Part shown: positions 46,901 to 64,000 of the stretch, in pieces
Layout of the letters: every line of letters begins with the position of its first letter
How positions within the stretch are numbered: position 1 is the stretch's first letter
Source: Chrysomallon squamiferum
Taxonomy: Eukaryota > Animalia > Mollusca
Reading direction: 5' to 3'
Assembly (NCBI GenBank): GCA_012295275.1
Contig: CM022670.1
Location: forward strand, 992,001-1,056,000
Length of the DNA: 64,000 bases
Made by a program: the position numbers and the translations under genes
The notes under the pieces: model-generated
What the model saw: the letters and a program-made list of their open reading frames with translations, nothing else
Told to the model about the DNA's origin: nothing
Database searches by the model: none

Positions 46901-49900
46901 ATTTTTTATTTTTTATTTTTTATTTTTTTTTCATGAGTGATATATAGTTACAGTCAGAATTTTAATTATAATTTTTTCCTCAGTTTTTTTGTTGCTTTTA
47001 AAAATCAAACAGAAGATGGTGAAATGAAAACATCCCTTTTCCAAATGTGATTTTATTTGTCAGTTACAAAGCTGTTTCCAAGTGAGCAACCGGTGTGTGT
47101 TTGTGTGTGTGAATGTTCACAAGCTGGCTGGGTCTGTGAAATATGCTTATGTTATTATTTATGCTCAATATCAGGGGAAAAATAAATTAATGTTAATTAA
47201 AAAGGGATACAATATCCCCAAAATATAAATAAAAAATGGGGAAAATGCTAAAATAGAAATTTTTCTCTATATATTTCCTAGTTTAATACACTTGGTTGAG
47301 AAGTAGAATTTTTGTTTCACAACTTTTTGAGGATTTCATATTTTGAAAATATACGATTTTCTATTTTGATACAGATTTAATACTTTTTTAATGTTGCATG
47401 TTTAAAACAAAATTCATGAATCTAGAATACAGAATATTGAAATATTTTACATGTTTTATACATGCATTCAATGAATTTTGCATTTTTTAATTTATTTTTT
47501 TAGTTTATGAATGTTAAGAATTTCTGTTGGTCATTAATGCAAAATATTCATGAATACTTTTACATTTTTAATAAATTGGATCATAAAAACTATGAATAAA
47601 CTTGTACATCTTTTAAATGATTATATATATATATATATAATTTCTTTTTTTAATGAAAACACTTTTTGGGGCATTATTTAGTGGGTTTTTTTTTTTTATT
47701 GTTTCAACATAATTTTAATAGATAAAAAGGAAGAAAAAATACTTATTTGACAGATAAACAAGTTTTAAATATTTTATTTCTGAAAGTATTTTTCAGTGTT
47801 TCTGATATCAGCTTTTAAAAAAATTGAAAAAAAATTAAATATAATAAAACAAAACACTAATAAAATAAAATAATGAAAAAAGAAAAATATAATGAATGCA
47901 GATTTTCTATTCAAATTATTAATTTTTTTTTTTTTTGTGCGTTCTTTTAATGATATATTTGTATGTTAGTGAATTCAAAAACTTAGATTAAAAGACAATA
48001 ACAGTGACATTTTTGTTTATGAAAGGGAGAGAAAAATTTCTAAAAACAATTTTAATAAATGAAGCTAAAATGACATAGTTAAAAATTTGTCAAAACATTT
48101 CTACCATAACTGCTTGATTTCAATATTTGTACATAACCAGTTTCTGTGGATGGGGCTTATTATTATTATTTAATATTATTCTACTATCCATTTAATGTGT
48201 GTATGTGTATTGGAAAGAAAGTTAACATAAGCAGAGATTCTGTGCTGCTTTGTATATTGATGTACATACTTCATATCATTTGATTTTAATCAACTTTTCC
48301 ACTGTATTCTAATCTTTGAAATCACTTGTTATACATAATATATGCTCAATGATTATTGTAGATTTATTTTTTCTTGTGTAGACTGATAGAGAAATTGTGG
48401 GCTTAGGTGCTATATAATTGGCAAGTTAAAACAAAATTTAGATTTTTTTTTTCCATTTTTGTTTTATGTATTTGCTGAGTGCAGAAAAATATTTTTTGAT
48501 TTTTTTGTTAGTATAGCTCTGTGGTATATAAAATATATTGAAAAAAGAAAAAAAAAAAAAAGAAGAAAAAAAATAACCCCTGAAAAAAACTACTTGAAAA
48601 AACCCAAAACCATTTTGTTTGTTGTACTTTTTACTTTATTTATTGTTTTTATGTTGGTCACTTCCATCTACTGTTTTAGAATTATGAATTGAAGTGTATT
48701 GCAGAAATTAGAAATAAATAAAAAGATAAGCATTAGTCTAAAGAACTATTTGGAAGAAGAAACTTTTAATTTACCACTAATTAATAAGCAGCTTTGTTCA
48801 CTTATAGAATTGCAGTCCACTTTCAGCTTGGTAAAATATATAAAATTGTATTAAGTGTTTTACAGATAGATTTTATGGTAATGAGAAAAATGGTCTTCTG
48901 CACAGATTTGAAGTGACATTCAGTTGGAAACTTTATGATCAAATTGACACATAATCTACTTTATCTAACAAACAAAAAATAAAATTCTGAAAAAAACAAC
49001 AATGGTATAAGATGAAATAATTCACAGAACTACTTGTCTTGAAGATAGACAAGAAGAGGAAGTACAATTTCAAAAATATTTATTGACAATGACTGAAACA
49101 AAGTGGAAATAACTGCATTGTTGCAGTCTGAGGTACAAACTAGCACTAGTAAAAACAATGTCACAATGATATGTACCTTCACAAAGTATTTAAAATTACA
49201 ACACCTTTTTACATTCTTTAAATTTACGATTTAGATAATTTTAGTTAAGGGCTATTAATAAGACAGATAAACTTGTTTCCCCCTAACATTTAAAAATGTT
49301 ATTTTTGCCTGCTGTGAAACGGGCATATCTAATACTTGAACCTTCATAAATCACTTGTTTAGTCGGTAACTTCACTCTATCATACTTGCTGGATACATAA
49401 TAGAATATATAAATCTTGAATTTTTATTTTTTATTTAATTTTTTTTTTTAAACTGCCATAACTTCAGACATTATAATTTGCTTTACTTTTTGCTGACAGG
49501 GTTTTGAGTCCTGTGTATCAGTAATAACAGTGGTTTCATAAAAAACATTCTGTAAGAAACCTCTTTGTTCAGCCATTTTTATTTAAATGATTCGGGTCTT
49601 GGGGAAATCATTTTTTGTTTGTTTGACTAATACAGAGAAAATTTTGAGTAATGTGTAATAGCCACAATAATTTGGTTCAAAATTTCACAAATTGCACAGT
49701 GTAAATTGAAAATACTTGTGAAATCCTTTTTATTCATTAAATTGATTTAATTCATATTCTTGGAATATTCACATATTTAGAGTATTATAGATAGATGTAC
49801 ACACCAACAGAAAAATAAAAATAAAAATACAATAATAATGAAATGAAACAACATGAAAGTAAATTTAATGATGTGGCTAACTGTGGCCGCTTGGAGAGAA

Positions 49901-50536
49901 TTTAAAACACAATGTGACTAGTTTTAGACTAAAAATGTAATGAATATTTGGGTAGATGAATGTGATGAAACGGGAAATGGACACATTTGAAATTTGGCCA
50001 AATAAATCTTAACATTATTTTGTATAATATGCTTTTATATTAATACTGATAGATATTCTAATTAATTAAATACTGACATGAGTTTTATAACTGAGTTGAA
50101 AAAGTAGTGTTCGTTCATTCTTTTGTTAACTACTGAGGAGTTTAATATATATGCAAGCATGCATGAAAATAATTACTCAGTTCATATCTGATGAATTCTA
50201 CTACATAGTGCAGGACATTAATACTTTTTAATGCATACGAACATCTGTTACAAAAAAAAAAAATCAAGACTAAACAAACTGATGAAAACATTTGCCATTT
50301 CATGTTGTCACAAAACTATTTTGAATAACATTTGGAGAAAAATACTGCAGACTAGTAAGTTTCTACTTCAATAACAAAGGCCATTTCTTTCCATGTTCTA
50401 TGTAAAATTTGGTGAGGTAAAATAAGTGACTTGGTACAGTATGTTCAGAATACATAGGTATCATATGAAATTACATTAAAAAATAAATGATAGTTTATTT
50501 GCTGCATAAAGTAATGTTTTTCATGTTTAATGTTTG

Positions 50537-50572
<36 letters not shown>

Positions 50573-53026
50573 TTAAGTAAAAATACACAGCCTGAAGCTA
50601 GCCACATTCTGTTGTGTGAAGATAAAATAGTCTCTCCCTGATGTGTGATTGTCTTGTGACTGACAAAATACACAAACTACTGTATACAAACCCAGTCTGT
50701 GATGGAATGAAAAACAAATCTATGTACACACAATGATTAAATTTTACAACAAATATTTTTGGTTTTAAAAAGTGAAAACTTTAAAAATCTTGTTGGAACT
50801 AAAACAAACAACATTAAAGCTATAAAATGTAGATGTGGCACAATGAACTATTTATAATTAACTAAAAAAAAAAAAAAAAAAAAAATTAAAATAATACACA
50901 CACAAAACTAAAAATAGGTAACTGAGGATGAATTTGATAATCCACTGCATTCAGAAACCTAATAGTAGAAACTGAGTGATTTTATCATGCAACTTTGGCA
51001 CCAAATGAGTATATATGAAAAGCTACTTTTAAAGTTATTTTTAATAACTAGGTTTAGTGACAAAATAATTGTTTCTCAGGCCTTAGAATTTATTACTAAT
51101 TAAAGATGTAACAGTAAAACACACCATTTTTAAACAAAAAAGAAGAAAAACCAAAACCCAGTATTAGCCAATCTGAATGATGCCTTGTGGTGATCAAATA
51201 AAAAAAATTCATATTGTATACAGTGATGAAAATATAAATTTAAATTAGAAATTTTACTATTTATATAGTGTTAATTTATTAATATCCTTACATCACTTTG
51301 ACTACCCAGCAAGAAGATTTGATATGTTATTCTTTCATTGGTTAAAATGTTTCTAAAAACATCAATAAAAAAATATGTATACAGTTAAAAAGTTTCATAG
51401 AAAACAACATTCTTCAAAACTAATAATATGAACTTTCAGTAATGTGTGACACATAAATTTTAAAAGAAATAAAAAAAGAAATTTATTTTACGTATAATAC
51501 TGAGGTAAAATGAACTGTTACAATGTTTTCTTCAGTCGGATTTCTGTGTGTTAGCTTGGATCATTCAAATTTATAATGTGTGGCTGTTAGAAGTCAGATC
51601 TGACAACATAATAGTTAATGCAAAGAATATTAACTTTCTAAATTTATTATTTGAAAAGAATAAATGATGGAAATACATTTTTTTCAAGTTCATAATACAG
51701 AAACATTCATATGCAATTAACTGTTTATAAACATCACTTAGAATAAAAAAATCTCAGTTACGTTAAATTTCTATGAATTTTGCACAGTGAAATGAAATTT
51801 GTATTTTTTAACCAATTTTCATTCTTAATTTTTCTTCTTTTGTTAAAATATTCAGTACTTAATTTAATATTAGTAATATCTTCATTTAAAGTTTTTTTTA
51901 TAAATTTATTAAATTTTATTTTTGACGATAGAGTATTTTATATTTTTTAAACCTTTTCTTTTTTGTGTTTTTTGTTTTTATAACATAATTTCATTTTCTA
52001 TATTTAATTCTTGAAACATTTCCTTTTTTCTTTTTAAAATAATATTAGAATAATAATTAAAAAATCTGAATGTGGTTTATTGCAACACATAATAAGAATT
52101 CCATTCTTATATGTCATACATTACAAATACTGCAAATACATTTTAAACATTATAATTAGGTCAAGCTAAAAAATCGAAACATATATATAAAAAAAATATA
52201 TATATATAAATTAAATTACTAATCGGCAGTACATTTAATATTCCTAAAATTTTATACAAATAAACCATCAAAACACACTTTAGAAATAATAATAAATTAA
52301 AATTTTTAAAATTATGTTAAAATAAAAAATAAAGTTATTAAATAGGTAATACGCTGAGTGAAAATTGAATGAGAGAGATTTACTGTGGCAGATAACAAAA
52401 TTTTAAAATAACAAGTGTACTTCCATGAAGTCTCAGTCAGCTGCCACTCGTGTTTGATTTTGATTTTATTTTGCCAATTTTTTTATCTTTCAATATCTGC
52501 AGTAATTTTTCTTTAAGCTGATTGTTTCTGAATTTAGAATATAAAGTTGATTTATTGGATGGCATGTGCCAATACCAGTAACAGCAAAACCGTATGACTC
52601 TGCCAAAAAAAATACAGCCTTCAAGAAAATATGCAACTCCTACTGCCATCTGTAAACTTTAAAATGCAGTAAATTAATTTTCAATATATGATGAAATATC
52701 ATCTACATCATTTCATTTATTTAAAAAAATTAATTAAAAAATGCAGTTCATGTATGTATATTTCATGGGAAGTGTGTCAAACACACATATAGTGAGGTGA
52801 TGAAATAATAATTATATTCTTTGGACTATGTATATTCGGTGAAACAATTTCTACTTCATAAATATTAAAAACAAATCGGTTGTAAAGAGAGTATGGAGGT
52901 TTATCACAGCAGTTCATAGTATTATGTTTATCTCTGAAATAAATGAAAAATGAAAAATAATTTTAAAAATCTGATTGTACTTTTCAATACCTAACTCCAT
53001 GCAGAGGTTTTTTAACCATCACACTT

Positions 53027-63101
<10,075 letters not shown>

Positions 63102-63333
63102 CTGCAAAAACAAAACCAAAAAATAAATAAATTTAAAAAAAAGACAGGAAAAACATAAAACAAAATACTAACACACCTACTATCACTTATAAATAAATAA
63201 AAAAATAAAAAAATAAAATAAAATCCAACAAGATATAAATAAATAGAGACAAATAAATATGTAAATTAATATGTAAAAATTAATCCCAAAATAAATGCTC
63301 CTTTCAATATATGTTTAAGGAAAAGAAATGCCC

Positions 63334-63387
<54 letters not shown>

Positions 63388-64000
63388 CATGATAATGATA
63401 ATGTTGATGATTATGATGATGATAAAAAATAATTATAAACACAAAAACAAAAATAAAATTAAAATAAATAAAATAATTGTGCCCCCCAAAAAGAACAAAA
63501 AGATAAAATTTAAAGAAAGACATAAAATAATGGTGATGAAATTTTTTTCATAAACTTGTATAATATGTACATCTGGGTGTGTGTGTTTGAGATATAATAT
63601 TGCCTTCAATATCATTCTAATCATTCAACAAAAATTATAAACGGGTCAAACAATTCTGGGCTTTACATAAATATTTTGGAAACATAAATTTTTGTATATT
63701 TTTGCTAAAGGAATAAAGTAATTATTGATATATATATGTTTTGGCATTTACCATTTCAGGTCTAATGAAGAACACAACACTGTACTTGGAGCTAAGGCAA
63801 GACGGTCCAATCTTCCACATACATATTTAATATTTCTGGTTACTGATACCTTCAATAGTCCAAACAGTAATCATTTCTAATATAATTAATTTATACTGAA
63901 ATGCCAATCCTTTTAAAATTATACCTCGAAGTAGAGTATCTTGCCAAACTGTCAATACTCTGAATTAATTTCCAAGGTAAATGGTAACAAATCTATGTGA

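Overview
AT-rich, intron-rich animal DNA, probably a mollusc/gastropod (inferred from composition and from decayed SINE-like motifs recognised from memory). Hand-splicing gives four protein genes. (1) A stand-alone Maf/ASMTL-N-type dTTP/UTP pyrophosphatase on the minus strand (6 coding exons). (2) ABHD18/C4orf29, head-to-head with it (11 coding exons, one U12-type intron). (3) LARP1 (20 coding exons, ~1020 aa, with LAM, PAM2 and DM15). (4) The 3' part of a convergent CDKL5-like kinase. Most of the unusual biology is in LARP1. It has a TCT/5'TOP-like promoter and hosts two paralogous H/ACA snoRNAs with a predicted 28S rRNA target, plus two paralogous C/D snoRNA candidates with co-varying non-canonical boxes. 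Three of its exon-intron junctions are tandemly duplicated. One duplication is a 1.5-kb array carrying 10 perfect decoy AG|GTATGG acceptor/donor sites and many AATAAA signals in front of a DM15 exon. The ABHD18-LARP1 adjacency matches human ABHD18-LARP1B. No database searches were run; homology calls are from recalled family motifs.
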